Of a stretch of DNA of 32,600 bases, positions 8,968-18,222 are shown one piece after another (within the stretch, counting starts at the first letter, position 1; each line of letters begins with the position of its first letter). A program made the position numbers and the translations under genes. Location of the stretch: positions 40,971 to 73,570 of the forward strand of contig JAWLEP010000002.1 in NCBI GenBank assembly GCA_041686025.1. Direction: 5' to 3'. This stretch comes from Candidatus Fermentibacteraceae bacterium (GTDB lineage: Bacteria > Fermentibacterota > Fermentibacteria > Fermentibacterales > JCC-6). The notes beneath the pieces were generated by a model, which saw nothing but the letters and a program-made list of their open reading frames with translations, was not told the DNA's origin and ran no database searches.

Positions 8968-9159
8968 TCAGTCCTCCTCGGGGACTATTATCCACGCCAC
9001 CACGTAGGTGATCAGCGCCGGCATGACCGCGGTGAGCAGGGCCAGGAAGACAAGCAGCAGCCTGATGATGGTGGGGTCGGCCCCCAGCATCTCCCCCACT
9101 CCTCCGCAGAGCCCGGCGAACACCCTGTTGCTGCGGCTTCTGTACAGCTTCCGTCCCAT
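8968..9159 (-). CDS. pspC: PspC domain-containing membrane protein, 63 aa
   Basis: ATG 9159, 2 nt after the tolC stop. MGRKLYRSRSNRVFAGLCGGVGEMLGADPTIIRLL...YVVAWIIVPEED is the classic PspC domain. Confidence 0.9.
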   Translation of the reverse strand: MGRKLYRSRSNRVFAGLCGGVGEMLGADPTIIRLLLVFLALLTAVMPALITYVVAWIIVPEED

Positions 9160-9161
9160 CG

Positions 9162-10466
9162 CTACTCCCCCAGCCTGGGCGTGCGCCCCAGCAGCACCAG
9201 CAGCTGGGCCTCCTGCAGCAGACACTCCATCCTGGCGCTGACCACCGAGGCCTCCGCCTCCGCCAGCTGCTGCTGGGCGTCCAGCAGGTCCAGCAGGCTG
9301 GTGGCCCCCATCTCGTAGCTCCTCCTGGAGAGATCGAGCTGCTGCTCGGCCTGCTCCCGGGCCATCAGGGCTATCCGGTAGCTCTCGATGGAGTTCAGCA
9401 GCTGATCCCTGGCGCCGGCGGTCTCGGTGGCCAGTGACCGTTCCACACTCTCCAGGGCGGCCCTGCTGCGCAGGTATGAGCCCCGGGCCGACTGTATGCG
9501 GCTCTCCCTGAACCAGCCGTCGAATATGGACCAGCTCAGGTTCAGCGAGACGTTCCAGCTGTCGTTGTCCGGGACCTCCGCCAGCTCCGGCTCGTCGTCG
9601 CTCCAGCTCCAGCTGCCCCGGGCAGAGAGGGTGGGCCAGTAGGCCCGCTTGCTGGCCGAGAGAGAGGCAGAGGCCTCCCTGACATCGGCCTTCGCCGCCG
9701 TGAGCCCCGGGTTGTCGCGGTAGTCGATGTCCAGGGACCGGGCCTCCTCCGTGGAGAGGGGCTCCAGGACAGCGTCGAAGTTGACCGCATACCTGCCGTC
9801 GGGCTCGAGGCCGGCGGCTTCGTAGAGGTCGTAGTAGGCCCCGGTGAGGCTCTGGCGGCGCCGGGCCACCGCGAGACGGTCTCCGCTCTCCCCCACCCGG
9901 GCCTGGGTGAGCTCCAGGGAGGTGGCGCCGCCCACGTCGTAGAGGGCCTGGGTGCGCTCCAGCCGGCCGGTGCTGCGCCGGTGGGCGCGCCTGGCGGACT
10001 GCAGCAGCTCCCGGGCCTCCACCACTCCGTAGTAGGCGGATATCACGTCCATCACCTTGGACAGGACCTGCTGGCGGTGAGACGCCCTGGCAGCCTGCAG
10101 CCCGTGCCGGCTGGCCGAGAGCTCAAGCCAGCTGGCTCCCCCCTCGCCCAGCAGCTCCTGGGACAGGGTCAGGGAGTAGGAGTAGCTGGAGTAGTCCTCC
10201 CCGGTCCCGCCCGGGATGTCTCCGGGGCCGGTCCAGGTGTGTCCCGCGGACGCGGAGAGCCCCAGATCGGGCCAGAGGAACGACCTGCTTCCCAGGACCC
10301 CGGCCTCCGCGATGTCCACCGATGCCCGGGAGGACGCCACGTCCGGCGACTCCTCCAGGGCCGTGGACACCCAGCCGGAAAGGTCCATGGCCAGGGAGTC
10401 CCCGGGCTGGGGGGTGCCGGATGCGGCAAGGGACGCGGCCAGAAACAGCGAAATTGCAGCAGTCAT
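9162..10466 (-). CDS. TolC family outer-membrane efflux protein, 434 aa
   Basis: GAGGGAGG RBS before ATG 10466 and a signal peptide. Two OEP repeats (ALEESPDV...LWPDLGLS; NPGL...YWPTLSARG) and YDVGGATSLEL / YEMGATSLLDLLDAQ motifs. Confidence 0.9.
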   Translation of the reverse strand: MTAAISLFLAASLAASGTPQPGDSLAMDLSGWVSTALEESPDVASSRASVDIAEAGVLGSRSFLWPDLGLSASAGHTWTGPGDIPGGTGEDYSSYSYSLTLSQELLGEGGASWLELSASRHGLQAARASHRQQVLSKVMDVISAYYGVVEARELLQSARRAHRRSTGRLERTQALYDVGGATSLELTQARVGESGDRLAVARRRQSLTGAYYDLYEAAGLEPDGRYAVNFDAVLEPLSTEEARSLDIDYRDNPGLTAAKADVREASASLSASKRAYWPTLSARGSWSWSDDEPELAEVPDNDSWNVSLNLSWSIFDGWFRESRIQSARGSYLRSRAALESVERSLATETAGARDQLLNSIESYRIALMAREQAEQQLDLSRRSYEMGATSLLDLLDAQQQLAEAEASVVSARMECLLQEAQLLVLLGRTPRLGE

Positions 10467-10497
10467 CGTTCCTCCCTCGTATCGTCCTTGTGCCCGC

Positions 10498-11229
10498 TCA
10501 GCCCGAAAGCAGCACTGGCGCCGCCAGCAGGAAGAGCCCGCAGGAATATACAAATGCCACCAGCTTCAGACCAAATGACGGTGACCGTTCAAATAAAGAT
10601 GACACCCCGATGCCCCAGACGGCCACCGTGGCCGCGGACTGCAGGTCCAGGTGCTGCAGAAACCGGAAGGCGAAGACGTACAGCCTGGAGGGCTCGGCGG
10701 GAATGGGCATGAGCATGGCGGGTGAGGGGCCCCCCAGCCATGGTGCGCCCAGCAGACGGGAGAGGACGGCCAGGACCAGGGAGACCGTGGCGTAGGCGGC
10801 CATGGCCATCCAGGCGGCCTTCAGGTGCCTCCACAGGCTGCGCTTCCAGTCCCAGCTGGCGGCGTAGACCACGCCGAAGGTTGCCAGGCCCCCTATCAGG
10901 GCGTAGAAGGCCCGGGTCACCAGCTCGACCAGCGGTATGGCCCAGCGGCCCTCCCGGAAGGCATCCGCCTCCGCGGCCGACAGGCTGTCCGCCTCCGCCG
11001 CGGTCCTGCCCTCCAGAACGAGGCTTTCGGCCAGGTCGCGCCTGGACTCCTCGATGGCCCGGTCCCCGAACAGCAGCGGCACCAGGGCCGCGTTGGCCAG
11101 CAGGACCACCAGCAGCGCGGCCACCATCGCCACCGCCGGGCTGCGGGCCAGCTGCCGGTAGGACTCCGCCGGCCGCCACAGCTGTCTTACGGGAGCCAGC
11201 GCGGCGTCGGTCCACTCCGGGGCGGACAC
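10498..11229 (-). CDS. YIP1-family multi-pass membrane protein
   Basis: GTG start directly after the glgA stop. N-terminal LWRPAESYRQLARSP pattern, about five hydrophobic segments, LDLQSAATVAVWGIGVS. Adjacent to tolC, a context typical of bacterial Yip1/YknW-like genes. Confidence 0.65.
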   Translation of the reverse strand: MSAPEWTDAALAPVRQLWRPAESYRQLARSPAVAMVAALLVVLLANAALVPLLFGDRAIEESRRDLAESLVLEGRTAAEADSLSAAEADAFREGRWAIPLVELVTRAFYALIGGLATFGVVYAASWDWKRSLWRHLKAAWMAMAAYATVSLVLAVLSRLLGAPWLGGPSPAMLMPIPAEPSRLYVFAFRFLQHLDLQSAATVAVWGIGVSSLFERSPSFGLKLVAFVYSCGLFLLAAPVLLSG

Positions 11230-12645
11230 TCAGCACCCCCTTCCGGCGAGGGCGCGCCGGTAGACGTCCACGTACGCGCCCGACCGCCCCGACCAGGAGC
11301 TGTCCTCCCGCATGCACCTCTTCACCAGCCAGGGCCACCGTCGGCTGCGGCGCACGCCGGCGGCCCTGAGAACGGCGCTCTCCAGGGCCGGGGCGGTGGC
11401 CGGGCCGAAGCAGAAGCCGTTTCCCCCGGGATCGCGGCCCAGGTCGGTTACCGTGTCCGCCAGCCCTCCGGTGGCCCTGACCACGGGCACCGCCCCGTAC
11501 CGCATGGCCATCATCTGGCCCAGGCCGCAGGGCTCGAACCTGCTGGGCATGAGAAAGAGGTCCGAGCCGGCGAATATCCTCCTGGCCATTGTGTCGTCGT
11601 AGTCGATGCGCACCCCCGCCCTTCCCGGGAAACGCTCCTCCAGGTCCCTCATGCCCTCCTCCAGCTCCCGGTGGCCGGTGCCCAGCACCGCCAGCCCCAC
11701 GCCTTCGTCCAGCAGCCTGGGAGCGGCCTCCAGCACCAGGTCCACCCCCTTCTGGGGGGTGAGCCGGCCCACCATGCCGGCGAGAACGTCCACTCCGTCG
11801 CCGATGCCCATCTCCCGGCGAAGCCGGGCGGCGCACCTGCGCCTTCCCGAGATGGAGTCCGCGGAGAAGCCGGCGGCCAGCGCGGGATCGGCGGAGGGGT
11901 CCCAGGCCCGGTAGTCGATGCCGTTGAGCACCCCCTCCAGGCAGTCGGAGCGGCTCCGCAGCACACCGTCCAGGCCGTGGCCCATGCCCGGGGTCTGTAT
12001 CTCCTCTGCGTACGTGGGGCTTACGGTTGTCAGCATGTCCGCCCACACGATACCGGCCTTCAGGAAGCTCCAGCTCCCCCAGAACTCGATCCCCTCGGGG
12101 TTGTACAGCTCCGGAGGCAGGCCGGCGACGTGGTACTCCGCGGGGGGAAAGCACCCCTGGAATGCCAGGTTGTGGATGGTGGTTACCGTGGCCGGGTCCG
12201 AGTCCCGCAGGTAGGCGGGAACCAGCCCCGCGTGCCAGTCATGGCAGTGCACCACGTCGGCGGGGAACACCCGCGCAAGCAGGGGAAGGACGGACCGGCA
12301 GAAGAAGGCGAAGCGCAGGGAGTTGTCCGGCCAGGCCTCCCCCGGCCGCGGCCCGTACAGGCCGTCGCGGTCGAAGAGGGGGCTGCGGCTGATCAGGAAG
12401 ACGGGGCACTCCGTCCCCGGCAGAAAGGTCCTGGCCACGCCGAACTCCTCGCCCATAAAGGTCCGGAAGCTTCCCGGAAGCCATTGGGGCTCGCCGGGAA
12501 GGTCGATGCCGCCGTAGAAGGGCATGGCCACCGCCACCCGGTGCCCGCCCCCGGCCAGGGCCCCGGGAAGCGATCCCACAACTCCGGCCAGCCCGCCGGT
12601 GCTGGCCAGGGGGCAGGCCTCCGCGGAGACCATCAGTATCCTCAT
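11230..12645 (-). CDS. glgA: Glycogen/starch synthase (GT5), 471 aa
   Basis: AGGAGGAG RBS and ATG 12645. MRILMVSAEACP, DNSLRF, HCHDWHAG, TIHNLAFQG, TVSPTYAEEI, GVLNGID, GRLTPQKG, PSRFEPCGLGQM, ATGGLADTV. Confidence 0.93.
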   Translation of the reverse strand: MRILMVSAEACPLASTGGLAGVVGSLPGALAGGGHRVAVAMPFYGGIDLPGEPQWLPGSFRTFMGEEFGVARTFLPGTECPVFLISRSPLFDRDGLYGPRPGEAWPDNSLRFAFFCRSVLPLLARVFPADVVHCHDWHAGLVPAYLRDSDPATVTTIHNLAFQGCFPPAEYHVAGLPPELYNPEGIEFWGSWSFLKAGIVWADMLTTVSPTYAEEIQTPGMGHGLDGVLRSRSDCLEGVLNGIDYRAWDPSADPALAAGFSADSISGRRRCAARLRREMGIGDGVDVLAGMVGRLTPQKGVDLVLEAAPRLLDEGVGLAVLGTGHRELEEGMRDLEERFPGRAGVRIDYDDTMARRIFAGSDLFLMPSRFEPCGLGQMMAMRYGAVPVVRATGGLADTVTDLGRDPGGNGFCFGPATAPALESAVLRAAGVRRSRRWPWLVKRCMREDSSWSGRSGAYVDVYRRALAGRGC

Positions 12646-13250
12646 CCGCTCCTCCTCCTTGCCAGATGAAAGCCGGCGTATACCAGGAGAGCGAGTCCCG
12701 CAGCCAGCCATATCCACCTCTCGTAGCTGTGCAGGAATGCCCTTGCGGTCTCCATGTTGTCCCCGGCCACCACGCCGGCCGCGGCCAGCAGGGCGTACCA
12801 TGCCGCCGCGCTGACGGAGACCGCCAGCGTGCTGCGGACGGGGGCCATCCCGGAGGCTCCCGCCACCACCACCAGCAGGGAGCGGACGCCGGGAATGAAG
12901 CGGCTGGCCACCAGCGCGAAGGAACCGTGACGCCGGAAGAGGGCCTCGGCCCTGCGGACCTTCTGCTGTCCCAGCCTGCGGGCCAGGAATCCCCTGGTGA
13001 AAGCCCGGCCGGCGGTGCGGCCGAAGACGTACAGGCCCACGCTGGACACCATGCAGCCCAGGAAGCCGGCGGCGGCCATGGTGGCCGCCGAGCTGCCCCC
13101 CACCCTGGCCCACCCCGCGGTCACCACGAAGAGAAGGTCGCCGGGAACCGGGGGGAAGAGGGTCTCCACCAGGGCTATCACCCCCAGAAGGGCCACCACC
13201 CAGTCACCGGGCGGCGTGCTCTCCAGCAGACCCAGGAACCACTCGATCAA
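12642..13250 (-). CDS. DedA/SNARE-associated (VTT) family membrane protein, ~202 aa
   Basis: TTG 13250 overlaps the ispDF stop (TTGA). VETLFPPVPGD, LYVFGR, FRRHG, SRFIPGVRS, AGASGM motifs. Confidence 0.9.
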   Translation of the reverse strand: MIEWFLGLLESTPPGDWVVALLGVIALVETLFPPVPGDLLFVVTAGWARVGGSSAATMAAAGFLGCMVSSVGLYVFGRTAGRAFTRGFLARRLGQQKVRRAEALFRRHGSFALVASRFIPGVRSLLVVVAGASGMAPVRSTLAVSVSAAAWYALLAAAGVVAGDNMETARAFLHSYERWIWLAAGLALLVYAGFHLARRRSG

Positions 13251-14434
13251 GGGAGGGCGCCGCCCGGCGTTCTCCGGGTCAGCCTGATCAGGGCCATCGC
13301 ACCCATGGCCTCGCCGCGTCCCAGCGGACCCATGCCGTTGGTGGTGGTGCCCTTGACCCAGACCTGCGACTCCCGGCACCCCAGGGCCTCCGCCAGGGCG
13401 GCCACCATATCCTCCCTGGCCTCCAGGACCCGCGGCCTCTCACCCATCAGCGTGAGGTCGGCGCTGAGGACCCGCCAGCCCTCCCCGGCGGCGGCATCCA
13501 CCGCCCGCCGCAGGAGCATGCGGCTGTCGGCGTCCTTCCAGGCCGGATCCCCGGGGGGAAACAGCTGGCCTATGTCGCCCAGCCTGGCCGCCGACAGCAC
13601 CGCGTCCGCCGCGGCGTGCAGGGCGGCGTCCCCGTCGGAGTGCCCCGCCGGCCCCACGGGGTCGGGGAGGCGGACTCCGCAGGCCACCATCGGCCTCCCC
13701 TCCACCAGGGGATGGAAGTCCAGGCCGGTTCCCAGGGCCGTCTCCTCTCCGGGGAGGAAGGCCTCCAGCAGGCGCATGTCGCCGGGACGGGTGAGCTTGA
13801 GGTTCTCCCGCTCCCCCTCCACGGCCGCCACCTCCACCTTCGCCCTCTCCAGGGCAGCCGCCTCGTCGGTGCAGCCCGGATGGGCGCGCAGGGCGCGTTC
13901 CAGCAGGTCCAGCTCCGCAGCCTGGGGGGTCTGGCTGAGACGAAGCCTGCCGCGGTCCACTGTGGCCTCCACCCGCGCCCCGTCGGCGGAGACCCTCTTC
14001 ACGGTGCTGGCAACCGGATAGAGGGGAGCCGCCGCCCCCCGCAGCTCGGCGGCGTCCATCACCCGGTGGAAGAGGGCGGCCGAGGCCAGGGGCCTGGCGG
14101 CGTCGTGAACCGCCGCGTGGGTAACGCTTCCCAGAGCTTCCAGGCCCGCCAGCACCGACTGGCCGCGGACGCTTCCCCCGGGGCGGACCAGGAGCCTGTC
14201 GATGTCCGGGGGGGTCCAGTGCCGGCGCCAGTCGGACTCTGCCGGCACCACCAGGACCACCCTGGACACCCTCTCCATGGACAGCACTGTGCGCAGGCTG
14301 TGCTCCACCACGGGGGCCCCGTCCAGGAAGAGGAACTGCTTGGGAACCCCGCCGCCGTAGCGGGTGGCCCCGCCGGCGGCCACTATCACCGCTCCCCAGA
14401 CGGCTTCGGCCCCTCCCCGGCCGGACCGGTCCAT
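13247..14434 (-). CDS. ispDF: Bifunctional MEP cytidylyltransferase / MECDP synthase (IspD/IspF)
   Basis: IspD motifs AAGGATRYGGGVPKQF, VHDAARP, SQTPQ, TDEA, NLKLTRPGD. IspF motifs GTGLDFH, GHSDGDAALHA, GDIGQLFP, VKGTT. Confidence 0.93.
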   Translation of the reverse strand: MDRSGRGGAEAVWGAVIVAAGGATRYGGGVPKQFLFLDGAPVVEHSLRTVLSMERVSRVVLVVPAESDWRRHWTPPDIDRLLVRPGGSVRGQSVLAGLEALGSVTHAAVHDAARPLASAALFHRVMDAAELRGAAAPLYPVASTVKRVSADGARVEATVDRGRLRLSQTPQAAELDLLERALRAHPGCTDEAAALERAKVEVAAVEGERENLKLTRPGDMRLLEAFLPGEETALGTGLDFHPLVEGRPMVACGVRLPDPVGPAGHSDGDAALHAAADAVLSAARLGDIGQLFPPGDPAWKDADSRMLLRRAVDAAAGEGWRVLSADLTLMGERPRVLEAREDMVAALAEALGCRESQVWVKGTTTNGMGPLGRGEAMGAMALIRLTRRTPGGALP

Positions 14435-14435
14435 C

Positions 14436-15446
14436 CTAGACCGTCACCTCCGCGTTCTCGGGATGGGGGGAGTCGGTGGCCCGCGCGAAGATCATGGTGC
14501 CCCCGGAGGCCCGGAAGGTGGTGTGGCTCAGGGCGTCCACCGTATCGCCCACGCTCTTCTCGCCGTTCTCCACCACCACCATTGTGCCGTCGTTGAGGAA
14601 TCCCACGCCCTGCCCGGGGTTCCTGCCCTTGCGGATGACCTTGACCCTTATCCTCTGGCCGGGGAGAACCACCTGCTTGGCCGCCGGGCCCAGCTGCTCC
14701 AGCCTGATGGTCCGGCTGCCCTCACGCTCGGCGGCGTCCAGGATGCCCGTGTCGTCGCTTATCAGCGCGGCCTGCTCGTCCCGCAGCCAGTTCAGCATCC
14801 GGAGCCGCTCCCGCTTTCCTCCTCCGAAGTCCACGTACTCGATCTGCTCCTTGCCGGCGGCCTCCTCCAGCCTCTCCAGGGTCTCCTGGCCCCTGCGGGC
14901 CCTTCCCCGCTCCACCATGTCGTCGGAGTCCTTCATCTCCTCCAGCTTCTTCCTGGCCCCCGCGGGAACGATGAAGGGGCCGGTGAGGAGCCCGGCGTGG
15001 ACCAGGTCGGCCACCCTTCCGTCCACTATGGTGCTCATGTCCAGCAGCAGCGACCGGCCCGCCGCCGGCTTCTCCTCCGCCGGCGCCGTCTCGATCAGGC
15101 CCAGCCTGCGGCCCTTGGTGATGCATACGTGGGCCATGGCGAACCCCAGGGCCAGGGGTATCATCACCAGCGGGTCCCCCCCGTACCTGCCCTCGTCCAC
15201 CAGGCTGATGTTGCCCATGCGGAGCACGAATACCATGAGGACTCCCAGAATCAGCCCGGCGCTGCCCCCTACGAGGGCGTAGAGAATATCCTCCGCCGGC
15301 ATCCTGTGGAACAGCATCTCCAGGCCGATGGCCACCAGGCCTATTCCCAGCCCCACCAGCCCCATCCACCAGTCGAAACCCAGTGAACCCACAAGGCCGA
15401 GTGCCAGAAGGAAGATCAGACGCGTCTCCCAGACCTTGCCTCTCAT
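14436..15446 (-). CDS. YacL-like membrane-anchored PIN/TRAM domain protein
   Basis: Four N-terminal hydrophobic segments, PIN start LLDMSTIVDGRV, TRAM VVLPGQ...QGVGFLNDGTMVVVE...GTMIFA. Sits in the conserved radA-yacL-ispD-ispF order. Confidence 0.88.
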   Translation of the reverse strand: MRGKVWETRLIFLLALGLVGSLGFDWWMGLVGLGIGLVAIGLEMLFHRMPAEDILYALVGGSAGLILGVLMVFVLRMGNISLVDEGRYGGDPLVMIPLALGFAMAHVCITKGRRLGLIETAPAEEKPAAGRSLLLDMSTIVDGRVADLVHAGLLTGPFIVPAGARKKLEEMKDSDDMVERGRARRGQETLERLEEAAGKEQIEYVDFGGGKRERLRMLNWLRDEQAALISDDTGILDAAEREGSRTIRLEQLGPAAKQVVLPGQRIRVKVIRKGRNPGQGVGFLNDGTMVVVENGEKSVGDTVDALSHTTFRASGGTMIFARATDSPHPENAEVTV

Positions 15447-16858
15447 AACCAGCTACCTCCCTTTGGATCGTCATGGAGCAGGGAGTCGATTGAATCCATA
15501 ACCGTCGAATACCCCACCGCTCCTGAATGAGCCGTCCCGCCGGAGCCCGTCTTCTCATCAATGTCGGGCCCGGAGGCCCGCACGTTCTCCAGCGAACCGG
15601 CCAGTGAATCGAATCCCAGTCCCTCTACCTCTCCCAGCCTGGTGTCGAAGAAGGACACCGGCCTTATCTCCCCGCCCAGCCCCACCTCGCCGCAGAGAAC
15701 GGTTCCCCGCCTCAGGGGCCGGTCCAGGAGGCTGGAGGCCACCGCCAGGCAGACCCCCAGGTCCACGCCGGGGTCGGAGAGCGACATTCCCCCGGCCACG
15801 TTTACGTATACGTCCTGCTTGCCCAGGTTGAGCCCGCAGCGTTTCTCCAGCACGGCCAGCAGCATGGGAAGACGCTGGCGGTCCAGCCCTATGGCCGTCC
15901 GCTGGGGCATGCCGTACCTGGTCTCGCTGGTCAGGGCCTGCACCTCCACCAGGAACGGCCTGGTTCCCTCCATCACTGCCACCACCACCGTTCCGGGGCG
16001 GGCCGCCTCCTCCCGCCGGAGGAAGTAGGCCGAGGCCTCCCGAACCCCCTGCAGGCCGGCGGCGGACATCTCGAAGACCCCCAGCTCGTTGGTGGAGCCG
16101 AAGCGGTTCTTGGAGACCCGCAGCAGGCGGTAGCTGTGCGTACTGTCGCCCTCGAAGTATACAACCGCGTCCACCAGGTGTTCCATGACCTTGGGGCCCG
16201 CTATGGCCCCCTGCTTGGTGACGTGACCCACCACGAAGGTGGTCATGGCCCGGGTCTTGGTGATCCGCAGCAGCTCGGCGGTGCAGTGGCGCACCTGGGA
16301 GACCGAGCCCGGGGCGCTGGACAGCTCCGAGGCGTAGACGGTCTGAATGGAGTCCACCACCAGCAGCGAGGGCTCCTGCTCCTCCACCGCCCGCTCTATG
16401 CTGGAGAGGCAGGTGGCCGGAAGAACCATCAGCCCCCCCGCCACGGAATCCGTCCTGCGGGCTCTGCCCGCCACCTGGGCCGCCGACTCCTCGCCGGTGG
16501 CGTAGAGGACGGAGCAGCCCTCCCGGGACACCGCCGCCGACAGCTGCAGCATCAGCGTGCTCTTGCCGATGCCCGGCTCGCCGCCGATGAGGTTGATGGA
16601 GCCGCGGAGTATGCCGCCCCCCATCACCCGGTCGAACTCGTCCATTCCGGAGACCATCCGCTCCCCGGAGTCGGAGGGTATGGAGCCGATCTCCACCGGG
16701 CTGGCCTTCTCGGCCGGACGCTTACCGACAGACGCGCCCCGCTCCTCCACCTCCTCCACCAGGGTGCCCCACTTGCCGCAGTGGGGGCAGCGGCCGCTCC
16801 ACGCAGGAGACCTGCCGCCGCACTCCCCGCAGACGAACACCGTCCTGCTCCTGGCCAT
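15443..16858 (-). CDS. radA: DNA repair protein RadA/Sms
   Basis: C4 zinc finger CGECG...CPHC, Walker A GEPGIGKSTL, DSIQT, GHVTK, KNRFG motif, Lon-like C-terminal domain. Confidence 0.97.
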   Translation of the reverse strand: MARSRTVFVCGECGGRSPAWSGRCPHCGKWGTLVEEVEERGASVGKRPAEKASPVEIGSIPSDSGERMVSGMDEFDRVMGGGILRGSINLIGGEPGIGKSTLMLQLSAAVSREGCSVLYATGEESAAQVAGRARRTDSVAGGLMVLPATCLSSIERAVEEQEPSLLVVDSIQTVYASELSSAPGSVSQVRHCTAELLRITKTRAMTTFVVGHVTKQGAIAGPKVMEHLVDAVVYFEGDSTHSYRLLRVSKNRFGSTNELGVFEMSAAGLQGVREASAYFLRREEAARPGTVVVAVMEGTRPFLVEVQALTSETRYGMPQRTAIGLDRQRLPMLLAVLEKRCGLNLGKQDVYVNVAGGMSLSDPGVDLGVCLAVASSLLDRPLRRGTVLCGEVGLGGEIRPVSFFDTRLGEVEGLGFDSLAGSLENVRASGPDIDEKTGSGGTAHSGAVGYSTVMDSIDSLLHDDPKGGSWL

Positions 16859-16861
16859 GGG

Positions 16862-18220
16862 TCAGGGCCTCGCGCCGTCCCTGGCCTCGGCGAAGAACCT
16901 GTAGATGGCCGTGTCGAAGACCAGGTCTATGACGGCCCGGGGGCCGTTCCGCTGCTTGCCGATGATCAGCTTGATCTGGCGGAACATGTCGTCGGTCCGG
17001 GGCATGCCCTGCTGCTCCTCGGCGGTCTGGTCGGGATCGTGCAGGAAGAGGACCACGTCGGCGTCCTGCTCTATGGCCCCGCTCTCCCGGAGGTCGTTGA
17101 GCTTGGGAGGGCCCGTGCGGTCCGCCGCCCGCCGGTTGAGCTGCGAGAGGGCTATGACCGGCAGGTTCAGCTCCTTGGCCAGCGCCTTCAGAGAACCCGA
17201 TATCTGGGCGATCTCCTGCTGGCGGTTCTCGGCCCGGTCCTCGGACCGCATCAGCTGGAGGTAGTCCACGAACACCGCTCCCAGCTGTTCGTGCTTGGCC
17301 AGCCTGCGGGCCTTGGCCCGCAGCTCCATGGGGCCTATGCCGGCGGTGTCCTCTATGTACATGGGAAGCCGCGACAGCCTGTCTGCCGCGTGCTGCAGGT
17401 CACGGACGTGCTTCTCGGGAAGGTTGGGGCTCATGATGGCCTGCAGCCCCACTCCGGCGTTGGCGCAGACCAGGCGGTTGCTGAGCTGCTGGTCCGCCAT
17501 CTCCAGGCTGAAGAAGCCCACCGCCTTCCCCGAGTGGGTGGCGATGTGCTCGGCCATGTTCAGCGCCAGCGTGGTCTTTCCCACCGAGGGCCTGGCCGCC
17601 AGCACCACCAGCTCTCCGCCATGCAGACCCGTGGTCTTCTTGTCCAGCTCGTCGATTCCGGTGGATACGCCGGTCACCCCGTCGACGGAACCCCGCAGCT
17701 TCTCCATGTCGGCCAGGCTCTGGCCCACCAGCTCGGAGAGGGGGACGAAGTCCTGCTCGGAGCGCTGGGCCGAGATCTCGAAGATCCGCTTCTCGGTCCT
17801 GTCTATCAGGCCCGCGGCGTCCTCCCCGCCCTGTATGACCTCCCGGATGGTGTCCTGGCACGTCTTCAGCAGCCTGCGCAGCATGGACTTGCTGCGGACT
17901 ATCCTTATGTGCTCTATCACGTTGCTCAGTATGGGAATGTCCTCGGTGAGGGCGGCCACGTACTCCTCGCCCCCGCACTCGCCCAGCCACTTCCTGTCCG
18001 CCAGCTCCTCGCACACCGTCACCAGGTCGATGGCCGAGTTCCTGGAGTCCAGCTCCCGGCAGGCCTGGTAGATGAAGCCGTGCCTGCGGTCGTAGAAATC
18101 CGAGTAGTGCAGCCTGGCGAACGCCTCCAGGGCGATCTCCTGGTCCAGGAGTATGGAGCCCAGCACCGACCGTTCGGCCTCCACGTTGCTGGGGGGCCTG
18201 TAGCCCTTGAGCTCATCCAT
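16862..18220 (-). CDS. dnaB: Replicative DNA helicase, 452 aa, no intein
   Basis: ATG 18220. PPSNVEAERSVLG, AARPSVGKT, FSLEM, VDYLQLM, LSQLNR, DLRESGAIEQDAD, KQRNGP. Confidence 0.97.
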   Translation of the reverse strand: MDELKGYRPPSNVEAERSVLGSILLDQEIALEAFARLHYSDFYDRRHGFIYQACRELDSRNSAIDLVTVCEELADRKWLGECGGEEYVAALTEDIPILSNVIEHIRIVRSKSMLRRLLKTCQDTIREVIQGGEDAAGLIDRTEKRIFEISAQRSEQDFVPLSELVGQSLADMEKLRGSVDGVTGVSTGIDELDKKTTGLHGGELVVLAARPSVGKTTLALNMAEHIATHSGKAVGFFSLEMADQQLSNRLVCANAGVGLQAIMSPNLPEKHVRDLQHAADRLSRLPMYIEDTAGIGPMELRAKARRLAKHEQLGAVFVDYLQLMRSEDRAENRQQEIAQISGSLKALAKELNLPVIALSQLNRRAADRTGPPKLNDLRESGAIEQDADVVLFLHDPDQTAEEQQGMPRTDDMFRQIKLIIGKQRNGPRAVIDLVFDTAIYRFFAEARDGARP

Positions 18221-18222
18221 CT

